NCBI RefSeq assembly: GCF_963921235.1
Contig: NC_086097.1
Location: forward strand, 51,524,001 to 51,588,000
Source: Mobula hypostoma
Taxonomy: Eukaryota
Direction: 5' to 3'
DNA: 64,000 nucleotides
Shown here: one piece after another, positions 28,673-42,148 of the stretch
Numbering within the stretch: position 1 is the stretch's first letter
Layout of the letters: each line of letters starts with the position of its first letter
Translations under genes and position numbers: made by a program
Notes under the pieces: generated by a model
The model's database searches: none
Seen by the model: only the letters and a program-made list of their open reading frames with translations
What the model was told of the DNA's origin: nothing

Positions 28673-29874
28673 CTAAGCAGAAATTGTGTAGTCCTCAAGG
28701 AAACTATAGGACATTATTCTCAACTGGCACTTCGCTAACCATCTGGGTTTAGCCAGATGACCATTAAACCATCACTTAATTAATTCAGAATTTCAGGAAA
28801 TATTCATATGTCTGAATCGTTTTGAAGGTTTTACCTCTTTATTAATGTCTATGCCAACCAATGTTTCGTGGATTGTGTGTGTCTGGAAGTGAATGCAAAT
28901 CACTATTTCTTAAATGCAAATTTTTCTGGGCTCTCTGGCTAAGCCCTAAATTCTATCTTTTACAAGGCATTTAACAGTGCTATGTATTGTTGTAACAATT
29001 ATACACTATTAAGAGGTTACCAATGTCGTAAAATCCCAACCGTTTTATCTTTAAAACTACTGTGCATAGATGGAAGTTATAAATTTAACTGCTGCAATTT
29101 TTTTTAATGGAAATTATCTTCACTTGTAAGATATTACAATAAAAAAGCAAATCAAAAAAGTTACCGAATAGATCTTACTGAATATTATACATAACCTCTT
29201 GATATTCAAAACCAAAATGTAAAACCTGTAAAATATTGCACAACATTCTAAATTTTTTAAAACTTCTCAGCAAGTTTAAAATACTCTTATTTCTGGATCC
29301 AATGAAAGGTTAGAAAATGAACATTAATGTAAACATAAAAAAGTCCACAAAGGATCTATGAACTCCAGATTTGAACAATTTCATTTGAAAAGCAAGTCCG
29401 AATCTAATTATTTATTAGGTCTCAATACAAGGTGATTCTGACAGCCAGAACTTGCTTATAATCTTACAATTTAGCTAAATGATTGCCAACATCAGTTACA
29501 AGTTCAAAATTCAGATACAATATTCATTCCCATGCACAGATCATAGATAATAATTGGATTCCATGTTCTTAAAAATTCAATTCTGTTTAAAAATTCAGTT
29601 TAGATTATATCCGTAAGGACCTTCAGAGTACTCAAGTACAAAATCAAACCAACCCTTGCTGACACTTGGCCATTTCAGTATAAATGCTATTTTCTAAGTA
29701 CTAATTTTAAAATTTTCACTGGGGAAAGAGACAATTGAAGGAATTCCCTCAGAACAATCAGACTCATTTGTCTTAGTCTTTTCTTTACATCGAAATTTTT
29801 TGAATGAACATTAAGATGAAAATAGTTCAAAATATTAATATTTTTTGAGGTGACCCGAGTCACCCCAACCATAA

Positions 29875-30132
29875 TCTATTCCAGCTGCTACCATATGGGA
29901 AATGGTACCGCAGCATAAAAGCCAGGACCAACAGGCTCCAGGACAGCTTCTTCCACCAGGCCATCAGACTGATTAACTCAAGTTAATTTGAGTGTATTTC
30001 TATGTTACATTGACTGTTCTATTTATTATAAATCACTATGATAGCACATTGTACATTTAGATGGAGACGTAATGTAAAAATTTTTACTCCTCATGTATGT
30101 GAAGGATGTAAGAAATAAAGTCAATTCAATTC
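29875..30132 (+). mobile_element. Rex1/Babar-like LINE 3' fragment
   Basis: LLPYGKWYRSIKARTNRLQDSFFHQAIRLIN; AATAAA plus (caatt)n tail. Confidence 0.75.
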
Positions 30133-30278
30133 AAAGAACTTCAGTTTTATGAAGCAGTAAATAACAATGAGTTTAGAGAGCAAACAACAGGAATTCTGCA
30201 GATGCTGGAAATTCAAGCAACACACATCAAAGTTGCTGGTGAACGCAGCAGGCCAGGCAGCATCTATAGGAAGAGGCG

Positions 30279-30316
30279 CAGTCGACGTTTCAGGCCGAGA
30301 CCCTTCGTCAGGACTA
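30279..30316 (-). ncRNA. Minimal hammerhead ribozyme motif, mirror copy (sense to TRIM9 transcription)
   Basis: Reverse complement of 32608-32645. Confidence 0.7.
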
Positions 30317-32607
30317 ACTGAAGGAAGAGTGAGTAAGGGATTTGAAAGCTGGAGGGGGAGGGGGAGATCCAAAATGATAGGAGAAGACAGGAGGGGGAGG
30401 GATAGAGCCGAGAGCTGGACAGGTGATAGGCAGAAGGGGATACGAGAGGATCATGGGACAGGAGGTCCGGGAAGAAAGACGGGGGGGGGGTGACCCAGAG
30501 GATGGGCAAGAGGTATATTCAGAGGGACAGAGGGAGAAAAAGGAGAGTGAGAGAAAGAATGTGTGCATAAAAAAGAGTAACAGATGGGGTACGAGGGGGA
30601 GGTGGGGCCTAGCGGAAGTTAGAGAAGTCAATGTTCATGCCATCAGGTTGGAGGCTACCCATACGGAATATAAGGTGTTGTTCCTCCAACCTGAGTGTGG
30701 CTTCATCTTTACAGTAGAGGAGGCCGTGAATAGACATGTCAGAATGGGAATGGGATGTGGAATTAAAATGTGTGGCCTCTGGGAGATCCTGCTTTCTCTG
30801 GCGGACAGAGCGTAGATGTTCAGCGAAGCGGTCTCCCAGTCTGCGTCGGGTCTCACCAATATATAAAAGGCCAGATCGGGAGCACCGGACGCAGTATATC
30901 ACCCCAGTCGACTCACAGGTGAAGTGATGCCTCACCTGGAAGGACTGTTTGGGGCCCTGAATGGTGGTAAGGGAGGAAGTGTAAGGGCATGTGTAGCACT
31001 TGTTCCGCTTACACGGATAAGTACCAGGAGGGAGATCAGTGGGGAGGGATGGGGGGGACGAATGGACAAGGGAGTTGTGTAGGGAGCGATCCCTGCGGAA
31101 TGCAGAGAGAGGGGGGGGAGGGAAAGATATGCTTAGTGGTGGGATCCCGTTGGAGGTGGCGGAAGTTACGGAGAATAATATGTTGGACCCGGAGGCTGGT
31201 GGGGTGGTAGGTGAGGACCAGGGGAACCCTATTCCTAGTGGGGTGGTGGGAGGATGGAGTGAGAGCAGATGTACGTGAAATGGGGGAGATGCGTTTAAGA
31301 GCAGAGTTGATAGTGGAGGAAGGGAAGTCCCTTTCTTTAAAAAATGAAGACATCTCCCTCGTCCTAGAATGAAAAGCCTCATCCTGAGAGCAGATGCGGC
31401 GGAGACGGAGGAATTGCGAGAAGGGGATGGCGTTTTTGCAAGAGACAGGGTGAGAAGAGGAATTCCTCTTCTCACCCTGTCTCTTGCAAAAACGCCATCC
31501 CCTTCTCGCAATTCCTCCGTCTCCGCCGCATCTGCTCTCAGGATGAGGCTTTTCATTCTAGGACGAGGGAGATGTCTTCATTTTTTAAAGAAAGGGGCTT
31601 CCCTTCCTCCACTATCAACTCTGCTCTTAAACGCATCTCCCCCATTTCACGTACATCTGCTCTCACTCCATCCTCCCACCACCCCACTAGGAATAGGGTT
31701 CCCCTGGTCCTCACCTACCACCCCACCAGCCTCCGGGTCCAACATATTATTCTCCGTAACTTCCGCCACCTCCAACGGGATCCCACCACTAAGCATATCT
31801 TTCCCTCCCCCCCTCTCTCTGCATTCCGCAGGGATCGCTCCCTACACAACTCCCTTGTCCATTCGTCCCCCCCATCCCTCCCCACTGATCTCCCTCCTGG
31901 TACTTATCCGTGTAAGCGGAACAAGTGCTACACATGCCCTTACACTTCCTCCCTTACCACCATTCAGGGCCCCAAACAGTCCTTCCAGGTGAGGCATCAC
32001 TTCACCTGTGAGTCGACTGGGGTGATATACTGCGTCCGGTGCTCCCGATGTGGCCTTTTATATATTGGTGAGACCCGACGCAGACTGGGAGACCGCTTCG
32101 CTGAACATCTACGCTCTGTCCGCCAGAGAAAGCAGGATCTCCCAGTGGCCACACATTTTAATTCCACATCCCATTCCCATTCTGACATGTCTATCCACGG
32201 CCTCCTCTACTGTAAAGATGAAGCCACACTCAGGTTGGAGGAACAACACCTTATATTCTGTATGGGTAGCCTCCAACCTGATGGCATGAACATTGACTTC
32301 TCTAACTTCCGCTAGGCCCTACCTCCCCCTCGTACCCCATCTGTTACTCTTTTTTATGCACACATTCTTTCTCTCACTCTCCTTTTTCTCCCTCTGTCCC
32401 TCTGAATATACCTCTTGCCCATCCTCTGGGTCACCCCCCCCCCGTCTTTCTTCCCGGACCTCCTGTCCCATGATCCTCTCGTATCCCCTTCTGCCTATCA
32501 CCTGTCCAGCTCTCGGCTCCATCCCTCCCCCTCCTGTCTTCTCCTATCATTTTGCATCTCCCCCTCCCCCTCCAGCTTTCAAATCCCTTACTCACTCTTC
32601 CTTCAGT

Positions 32608-32645
32608 TAGTCCTGACGAAGGGTCTCGGCCTGAAACGTCGACTG
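32608..32645 (+). ncRNA. Minimal hammerhead ribozyme motif (Penelope-associated)
   Basis: agtc-CTGACGA-agg(gtctcgg)cct-GAAA-c-GTC-gact: stem I agtc/gact, core boxes intact, stem III reduced to the ACGT palindrome. Confidence 0.7.
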
Positions 32646-35099
32646 CGCCTCTTCCTACAGATGCTGCCTGGCCTGCTGCGTTCACCAGCAACTTTGATGT
32701 GTGTTGCATGAGTTTAGAGAGTTTAGGAGTGATTGAAAAAAAGTAAAAAGGTCTATTATACTAGAAAAGATGTCTTCTTTGGTGGGGAAAATTAGCAAAA
32801 AAATGTATTTGTTAAATTAGACCCATTCCTTTTAATAGAGAAATCATGAAGCATCTTTTCACATTAATGGTAATCATTTTTGGGAATCTGGATCAAACAT
32901 TCCCAATGAAAGCAGAAGATCCATCTTTTAGTTTTAAATTCCATAACAAGATTCAAAATCCAGGATAAAGTCACTAAAATAATTATCAGCAAAACATGCA
33001 TTGATTATCAATAGTCCCTGAACTATTTGAACCAATAAACCAACATTATTTCAATACTAGTGAAACATAGCACAAACTTATTCTTCATATCTTAATTTAA
33101 AAGTATACTATATACTCATACTATCTTCTAATCAGGCATGCAAAAACTATACACCTAAATGGAATTGTCCAGTTCACATCTATACATGCTCAACTCCTAC
33201 TGTAGACCAGGCAACTGGAATCTTCATGATTATTGAAATTGTTGCTCTGCAGAAGATGGATAATCACAACCTTCTCTCTTCTTTTCCCCCCTAACCACAG
33301 CTCGGTATCAAGGCTTAAATCGTGCAAGCCAAAGTTCTCCATCCATGACCAATGCTGCTTTATGAGGATCCAAGAAAGGTGTGTTGTTCTATTGTTCCCT
33401 GAATGTTCATCTCATGCACCTGATGGCAGCTCCAGTGTAAATTTTCAGTAGTTGCTGCAATGACCAGGAAGAATCAGAAAAAAAAAATGGTGGTCTTGGT
33501 GACTGGTTTTAATAACTCTACCAAATTTACACTGGGGTTGCTGCAGATGCACAATACGGAGAACTCAACTTCCAACAACAGAAGATTCTACTCATATTAC
33601 CATGCTAATTCAGAGAAGATTCATATTAAGTGGTCACTTCACTACAAGTACACTCTTTGGCCATCTTTAATTGAAAGAACAAAAATCAGCTTCTGCATCA
33701 ATTTTTGCCAGTGCATACCTATGATTTAACAGACTAATACTTTTTCATTGCTGCCAAAAAATGAAGCTTTAAGGTAATATTTTAACCCCCATTGCCAAAG
33801 CTGATTTCAAAGACTGTTGGAAATGTCTTCCTCCATTGATCAGGGTCTACCATGGATGCTATATCCTAGCTGTCCATGCAAATCAGAGCAGAATGATGTG
33901 AAGAGTAAGCTGTTGCCTCTACATCTAGCTGATGAATCCAAGGGAATGGCAGAGGCCGATACAGTTCGGCACCAGTGGCAGCTGCCTAAAGCAACTCTTT
34001 TTTTAAAAAAAAGTCATCAGTAACCTGCCTTTGCCCCATCTCCTGTCAATAGAAACAGTTCCACCAGGCTTAGTAGCAAGCCACATGTGAAGGCCATGAG
34101 CTGGACTTGGTTGTCAGGGGCTATTTGAGACACATGCCATTGGGAGTATTTACTAGGTAGTGGGAGCTTATCCCCACTTCTCCCCCTGCCCTCCCAGCTA
34201 TGACAATCTTAAGAAACTATGGCAACCTTAAGTCTCCCCTTAAGCCTCTGTAATAATGTATACATTTCTAAAATTGATGGCTGGAATTTTCAAAATGTTT
34301 TTGTTACTGCAAAAAAGGACTAATTTGCAGAAGTTATCAAAAATAAATTTGTTAACTGTTATTGACTTGATTATATAATAATATGTAAAACTGTTCTTCC
34401 GGTCTACTTTAGTATCCATTAACAGGATTGCATCAAAAAAAACTACCAAAAGGGTATGCAATGGGCATTTTAAAATGTTAATTAGCGTGCCAAGTTTTTT
34501 CAGAATTTTTAAGAGTGCCTATAATTAACAGTAACACTATGGCACAGTATTATTTATTGTTACACATTTGATTTTATTAACATATCAGATCCAATAATAA
34601 GTGTATTTTTGGATAGAAAAGGCCACTTCCAGTTGAATTCACTGTATTAGAATCAGATCAAAACCTCCATCATGAAACATTATCACATTGTGAAAATATG
34701 TATAATCAAATTCCATAGAGAAAAATGTCCTTTAAAAAATAAAATCAATTGGATGACCAAGGATTTATGTTAGAGTTAATCATTTAATTTTATGATAATT
34801 TTTGCTTTTACCAAATGGCAGTCTTCCTGTTCATGTAAAAATGTTGCCCTGTCTCCTTCATCAAGAAATTTCAAGTATAGGTAATTGTTTTGTTAATGTC
34901 AAAATGATATACAGATTGTCATTTTGGTACTTTAAAGGTTATTACTGAAAACAAATTTGAATATAATTTACAATCTTAAGATGGGAGAAGGCATCCTTTT
35001 CTGAAGTATAGGAATGCAGAGAGGAACACATGAAATGACCAACAGCCAATGAATATATTTATGAATAATCTTTTTAAAGAACATTTAAAAAAATATTCA

Positions 35100-35300
<201 letters not shown>

Positions 35301-35548
35301 TTACAACTACAAAACTGGATCTGCAAATTAAACTTAGGACACAATATGCTTTCAGTAACTTCTTTAAAAAGTGGATAATGTTCCTACAAAGACAACAAAG
35401 GCAATAAGACTATCATTATGAAGTTTATGGTCTATTGGTACATGGATAATTTAGCAACTGGTCAAGCACATTCTGTATCTTTTTATGAGTGTCAGTACCA
35501 GAATCTTCGGCTGTGGCACCATGATCACAACATAATTACTAACTATCA

Positions 35549-35686
<138 letters not shown>

Positions 35687-37301
35687 CTACAAGGAAAATA
35701 AGGCTTCAATTTTGTTTTTTGTTTTTTTTATAAAGTGTACTAAGTAGCACTTTAAGGAATATAGGAAAAGGTTAGCATTCTACTTAAATCTCAACAGCTG
35801 TAGTGCTTTCCACCTTCTTGTATGGTAATATTGAAGAAACTTTGACATAGCTCGCTATGGAAAGATTGGTACCCACGTTAATGTAACTTATACAATGTGA
35901 AATTGAGCCAACTTAATACCTAATCCTGAACTTTTCATTTGAAATACAAATTGCAGGAGATGAAAAGCACTTGTATTTATATTTTGCCTCTATGGTCAGA
36001 TCTTCCATGATCTTATTGAATGGTGGAGCAGGTTCGACGGCCCAGATGATCTACTCCTAATCCTATTTCTTATGTTCTCTAGGGAAATATCCAAAAGGGT
36101 TTATGAGGGCAATATGAAACAAAATATGGCACAGAGCTTGATTAAAGAGCACCGGAGACATTCTAGACCAGCTGCAGTGCTGAAGTGGCTCTGTAATTGC
36201 AGACTGCCTTTCAGGGACAATGTGGTTCATGTTCTGTGTGTTATTTGTTCACTTTTTTTTTATTGTTAACGTGATTTGTTCTTGGATGTTTGACAGTCTT
36301 TGTTTTGTGGTTTATTTTCTCATGGATTCTATTGTGCTTCTTTGTTTTGTGGCTGCCTTCAAGAAAATGAATATCAAGGTTGCAGATGGTATACATACTT
36401 TGATAATAAATGTATTTGAACTTGAGGTTGGAAGAGTGTGAATAGTGGGGTACAACAAAGATCAGTTTTATGCATTTCGCTATTTGCAACCTGGATGAAA
36501 AGATCCAAGTGTTCTGACTCTACAAAGTCAGGTGGAAAAATTACCTGTGAGGAGGCTGTGAGTTTGCATGGTAATACAGACAGTTTAATCAAGTGGTCTT
36601 GAAAATGCTGGCTGAAGTACAAACTGGGAAAAATCTGTGTTTATGCACATTTGCAAGACACACAGAAAAACAAGTTTATCTACACCACGGAACAAGCAAA
36701 CACTGATAAAGGAAATTATCTTGTTGTGACCTTGCAGTTAAATAACGAATAAAAAAAATCCCAGAATAAAATATCAGCTATGTTATTCCAGACCCAAAGC
36801 AACGTGGATGATTCTGAATTGCCCTCTGAAGAGATTTATCATACTACTCAATTCAGATGAATAACTGTAAATGCTGCCTTTTACCTGTGATGTCCACATC
36901 CATTGAAAAATAATAAAAAGCAGGTTTTCAGAGAATCAAATGATCTGCTGGCCTTTATTACAAGCGGCCTGATGCACTTGTAATGCTATTGTGACACTAA
37001 GTTCCTTTGGGATCAATAAAATATCTATCTATCTGGCTGGAATTTTACATAACTGATAATTCCTTGTTTAGTGTAGCAGTGTTCCTTATTGGTATTATAC
37101 TGAAAAATAATGCAAGTGCTTTGCAATGTCATATAGATTCATTACATTACTTCCTGTGTTGTTCTCTAGCAGGAGATTGAACAGGCGTGACCTACAGTCA
37201 TTGGTGCTTAGAAAAATGAGAGATCTAGAAGAACCAGGAGATCAGAAGAGAGATTTTAGAATTAAGGGACATAGATTCAGATAAAGGAATCAGCCATTAA
37301 T

Positions 37302-37590
37302 AGGGCACCACAGTAGCAGAGAAGTTAGCGCGACGCTATTACAGTTCAGAGCGCCGGGGTTTGGAGTTCAGTTCTGGCATCGTCTTTAAGGAATTTGTAT
37401 GCTCCCCCCAAGTCTGCATGGGTTTCCTCTGGGTGCTCCGGTTTCCTCCCTCAGTCCAGTTGGGTTATTGGTAATTGTACATCATTTTGCAATTGGATTA
37501 GGGTTAAATAGTGTTGCTAGGTGGCATGGCTCGTTGGGCAGAAAGGGCCTGTTCTGTGCTGAATCTTTAGATAAATAAAAATAAATAAAT
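37302..37590 (+). mobile_element. tRNA-derived SINE (HE1/V-SINE-like)
   Basis: tRNA-like head with ggagttcagttct B-box-like motif, core gggtttcctctgggtgctccggtttcctccc, (taaa)n tail. Confidence 0.7.
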
Positions 37591-37876
37591 GTCTGAATGA
37601 GTAGAGATTAAAATCTTATCTCCAAAGATCTGTAGCCTTCTTTACAAAAAATATAAAACTCTACAGAAGGGTCTCTCTTCAAGAAAACAACTTCCTGGCT
37701 CAAGCCTGTCAATCTGTAATAAAATTTCAATTACATTTTCTCTCATTCTTTGCTGACATCTTTGGATGTGAATTTGGGAAGCTGAATACAGGAAGATACC
37801 ATTCCTTGATGATTAGCAATGCAGTGTAGCTGTAAGTATGTCACTTGCCACTGATCCCAAAATCCCCATTGTTTTA

Positions 37877-38195
37877 AACTTGAAAGTAAATTTATTATTA
37901 AAATACATATATGTCACCATATGCAACCCTGAGATTCGTTTTCTTGTGGGCATACATAGTAAATCTAAGAAACATATTAGAATCAATGAACGACCGCTCC
38001 CAACAGGATGGACAAACAACCAATATGCGAAACACAACAAGCTGGAAATACAAAAGAAAAAAGAAATAATAATAATAAATAAATAAGCAATAAATATAGA
38101 GAACATGAGATGAGGAATCCTCGAAAATGAGCAAAAGGTTGTGTGAACAGTTCACAGTGATGGAGCGGGTGAAGTTGAGTGAAGTTATCTCCACT
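37877..38195 (-). mobile_element. LINE 3' UTR fragment (Rex-like family)
   Basis: Same aataaatttactttcaagttt tail as 21695 and 44556. Confidence 0.55.
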
Positions 38196-38465
38196 GGTAG
38201 AAGTTTTGTTAGCAAACCACAACACATCACATAGTTCACAGGCACTATTTTGTAACATTATTGTACGATCGTTATCTTACTTAAGCCTATATACAGCAGC
38301 AGAATAAAGTAAAGGAATTCACATGTCTGTTGACAATAGTAATGAAGGTATCAAGATCACAAATTAAAGCAACATTTAAAGTACATTGATGTAATATAAT
38401 ATTCACATTGACAGAACATATACCTTTTTGAAAATTGTAGCAACGTTATCGTGACAATAATACTA

Positions 38466-38648
<183 letters not shown>

Positions 38649-38730
38649 TCAAATAATCAGCTAAAGTCAAATACAAAATAAAACATCCAACAATGGATTG
38701 TTATAATATATTTCAGAAATACAAGAAATC

Positions 38731-39985
38731 TGTTTCCCATTTTTGCTTTGACTTATGGGTTCCTTGTTTAATTGTCTGTTCTTGAATCAAATTATACATA
38801 CAAGAAATAAATTTTTTAATTTTCCCTTTTTGAATTAAAATTTCAATTTCATTAGGTTTTGGCATAAACATTGTTTGACCCAGCTTACCTTTTAAGTAAG
38901 CCCTTAATTGAAAATAACAAAAGAAAGTATTATTAGATATTTTATATTTATCCTTTAATTGTTCAAATGACATCAATATACCTCGTTCAAAACAATCTCC
39001 TATAAATTTAATCCCTTTTTGGTACCAATTATATAAAAGTTGATTGTCCATTGTAAAAGGAATAAGTCTGTTTTGAAACAAAGATCTCCTTGCTAATAGA
39101 GATTTCTGTGTTTCATTATCAACATTTATCTTATTCCATAAATCAATCAAATGTGTTAATATAGGAGATTCTTTCTTATAAAACAGATTTGAATATTAAT
39201 ATTGATGAAACAAATTGGTCAAGACTCTGTCTTGACAGTATGACAAATACAATAAATGTTCGACTTAGATTAGTACAATATAATTTTTTACACCAATTAT
39301 ATATTACACCACAAAAAATAAATAGATTAAATTCAAATCTATCCGATAAATGCTTTCGGTGTAATCAAGAAATTGGTACTTTTTTTACATTCTACTTGGT
39401 CTTGTTTTAAAATTCAACCCTTTTGGATAAATTTAAGAGTCTTATTGGAACAAATTACTGGAACTCAACTTCCACATAACCCTGTATTATTTCTATTAGG
39501 TGATATTGAAGGGATAAAACCGAAACTTAAATTGAATAAATATCAGAAAGAATTTATAAAAATTGCATTGGCAGTAGCTAAGACGACAATAGCAGTTACT
39601 TGGAAATCTGATTCATATTTAAGTATGGATCGTTGGAATAATGAAATGGCTAGTTCTATTCCACTCGAAAAAATTACTTATAATTTAAGAGATAAATATG
39701 TAACATTTTTGAATATTTGGCGCCCTTATTTACAAAAGATAGGATGGCATATTTAAGTGCTCCGATAAAGACCTTGGTCCCTTGGGGAAAGTAACGAATA
39801 ATTATACCAAATTTATTTTGAATCCCATGGAGCATGTGGAAACCTTCCAATACCCAGGCGGTTCTTTTCTTTTTTCTCTCTTTCTTTCTTTTTAGGTAGG
39901 ACTATATATATGGGGGGGGGAAGGGTAGATTTTATCTTTTCATGTATTCTTTTTGAAAACTCAATAAAAATTATATTACAAAAAA
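38731..39985 (+). mobile_element. L1-clade LINE 3' portion with 5' inversion (twin priming)
   Basis: ORF 38713..39150(-) continues into ORFs 39189..39410 and 39373..39756(+) with CFRC..H..WSC zinc knuckle; AATAAA 39963, short polyA; TSD agaaatacaagaaatc at 38715-38730 and 39986-40001. Confidence 0.9.
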
Positions 39986-40836
39986 AGAAATACAAGAAAT
40001 CACATATTCAGACTATCATTCTTTGAGAAACATTAATTTTGTATTCTACTTCTCTGCTTTCAATCTTACTAATACTAAGAGAACAATCAGCCATAAGCAA
40101 AGTGCAAAATCAGGAGAGCAGCAAAATCAATTATGTAAAAAAAGGTAAGAGATGATGGCGTGGCAGGGGGGCCAAGCAATCAAAGAGTCAATAAAGCAGT
40201 AATATTTAACATTCCAAAACAATACTTAGAAATACAGAGAAGGAAACAGGGAAAGAAAGAATTAAATTAAAGGGAGATGCAAGAGCTTGCAAAGGACAGA
40301 AATGGGAACATAGGCGGTAAGGATTGAGGCTGGAGGGTGACAAATGGGGACAGAGAAGCTACAAGTGTTGGAGTAACAAGCTGTGGGAGAGACTTAGCAG
40401 GTTGAGCTTCTGATGGAAGAATAATTGATATTCAGTCAAAACCCTACAATGGGAGTGAGAGTGGAGAGGGGAGATGGCTATTAGTGTTGAAACTACGAGT
40501 TTCCTAAAACTGCGTAGACTATTGTACTGCAAAGCTAGGGAACAGAGGAATCTATAATATTTTGGCTGAAATCAGTGAGTTCCCGTGCATCTCATTCTGT
40601 TTATCAACTAAATTTAACTTCCAGTCCATAGTTAACTTACCAAAAAAGGGACAGCCTTGACCAAATGCAATCAAAGCTACACCAAAACATTTACTTCCAA
40701 GTGCACTTTATATCTGGTAAAATATTAACATATTAATCAAAATTCCAAGCAAACATAAACTGAATAAAGACATGATCCACTTTAAACAGTGAAGTTAAAT
40801 ATAATAAATAAAGTTTCACTTCAGTTGTTAAATTCA

Positions 40837-40935
<99 letters not shown>

Positions 40936-41245
40936 CTAAAAACAAATGTACATGTGAGATCAGGCAAATCATTTGAAAACCTTAACTTTCTCCAGGGTTG
41001 ATGGATTCCTGAAACATATCTTGGACATAATTGCTTAAAAGTAACTGCAGATGAATCTTAAGCAAATGATTAGAAATGCAAATTTTCATGGTCATATTAT
41101 TGTTCAGTTCGCGTATCACATTTTTCTTCTCAAGCCCTTGTTCTTTCCCATCTACCTTGCTTCACCTATAAACTTCCAGCTAGTCTCTTTCCTCTCTCCT
41201 GCCTCCCTTTTTTAAAAATTCTGGCATCTTTCTCCTTCCTTCTCA

Positions 41246-42148
41246 GGCTACGTCCACACTACGCCAGATAATTTTGAAAACGAAGCATTTTCTCTTCGTT
41301 TTGACCCTCCATCCACACTGAAACGACATTTTCATCCCCCGAAAACGGAGATTTTCGAAAATGCTCTCCAAAGTGTGTAAACTTGAAAACGATTGTTTTG
41401 TGTTGTAGTGTAGATGGGGTAAACAGAGATTTAAAAATGTTGTCATGACAACACCACAACAACAATGCTTTTTCTGCTTCTGCTTGGTACTGTGCAAGCA
41501 CTGCCAGACGGCTGTTATAATGCGCAGTCGGTGTGAACGGAGTGAGAGTTAAATTGTAAAGTGAGCTTTTTTGACTAGATCCCCTAAATTGATTTGATTG
41601 AGTCTATCTTTAAAAATATTAATGTCAGAAATACTGCATAGTTCTGGCTGCAGAAGATTCCACTCTCTTGTTGATCTTGTGTGGAGGACTGCTACATGCG
41701 TGTGTTGTTTACTTTATTGTCTACGTTAATGGTTTGTTTGGAATTAAACATCTCTACTGCTTTACTGACTTTGTAGTCATTTGTAACTCGCAGAAACAGC
41801 TCGACTTCATTGTCTGTCTAAACAAGGAAGTCCGGTCTGAGTTTTCCAGCGGACGTTTTCTTTGTATTCCTCGAAGACATTGTTGAAAACTTTCTTTCGC
41901 TGTTGTTGGTACTCTAATTTTATTGTATAGAAATAGCACAACGCCGTCGCGGAAATGTAAATATTATACCATTTCCTCTTCGTTTGTTTTCTGTAGATGT
42001 GTCTGCGCATGCCCAGTAGGAGTAGGTTCGCCCAAATATCCATTTTGGTGTGGACAGGGATATTTTGAAAAACGCGTAGTGTGGACGCCTGTCATTTTTA
42101 CTTGAAACCGGCATTTTCAAACTTATCCAGTCTAGTGTGGATGGAGCT
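41246..42148. mobile_element. Non-autonomous PIF/Harbinger-like DNA transposon
   Basis: Imperfect ~33-bp TIRs (ggctacgtccacacta... / ...tagtgtggatggagct), TCA TSD at 41243-41245 and 42149-42151, internal Myb/SANT-like remnant. Confidence 0.8.

Larger units (their letters stand above)
30181..32707. mobile_element. Palindromic Penelope-like (Neptune-type) retroelement insertion: two inverted 3' halves encoding RT thumb/Cys-linker/GIY-YIG endonuclease
   Basis: ORFs 30609..31556(-) and 31572..32315(+): CKRNKCYTC linker, GVIYCVRC..LYIGETRRRLGDRFAEH; axis between 31462 and 31463; 14-bp TSD atgagtttagagag at 30167-30180 and 32708-32721. Confidence 0.95.

Noticed and set aside
30609..31992. 315-aa and 207-aa ORFs with identical N-termini as novel genes
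   Set aside because: They read across the palindrome axis and are chimeras of antisense and frameshifted Penelope sequence
30217..32707. Palindrome as a pure assembly fold-back artefact
   Set aside because: Unique flanks on both sides, a 14-bp TSD, asymmetric ends, arm substitutions and smaller copies of the same architecture argue against it; read-level confirmation is still needed
37302..37385. tRNA gene
   Set aside because: Degenerate tRNA-like head runs directly into a SINE body and tail
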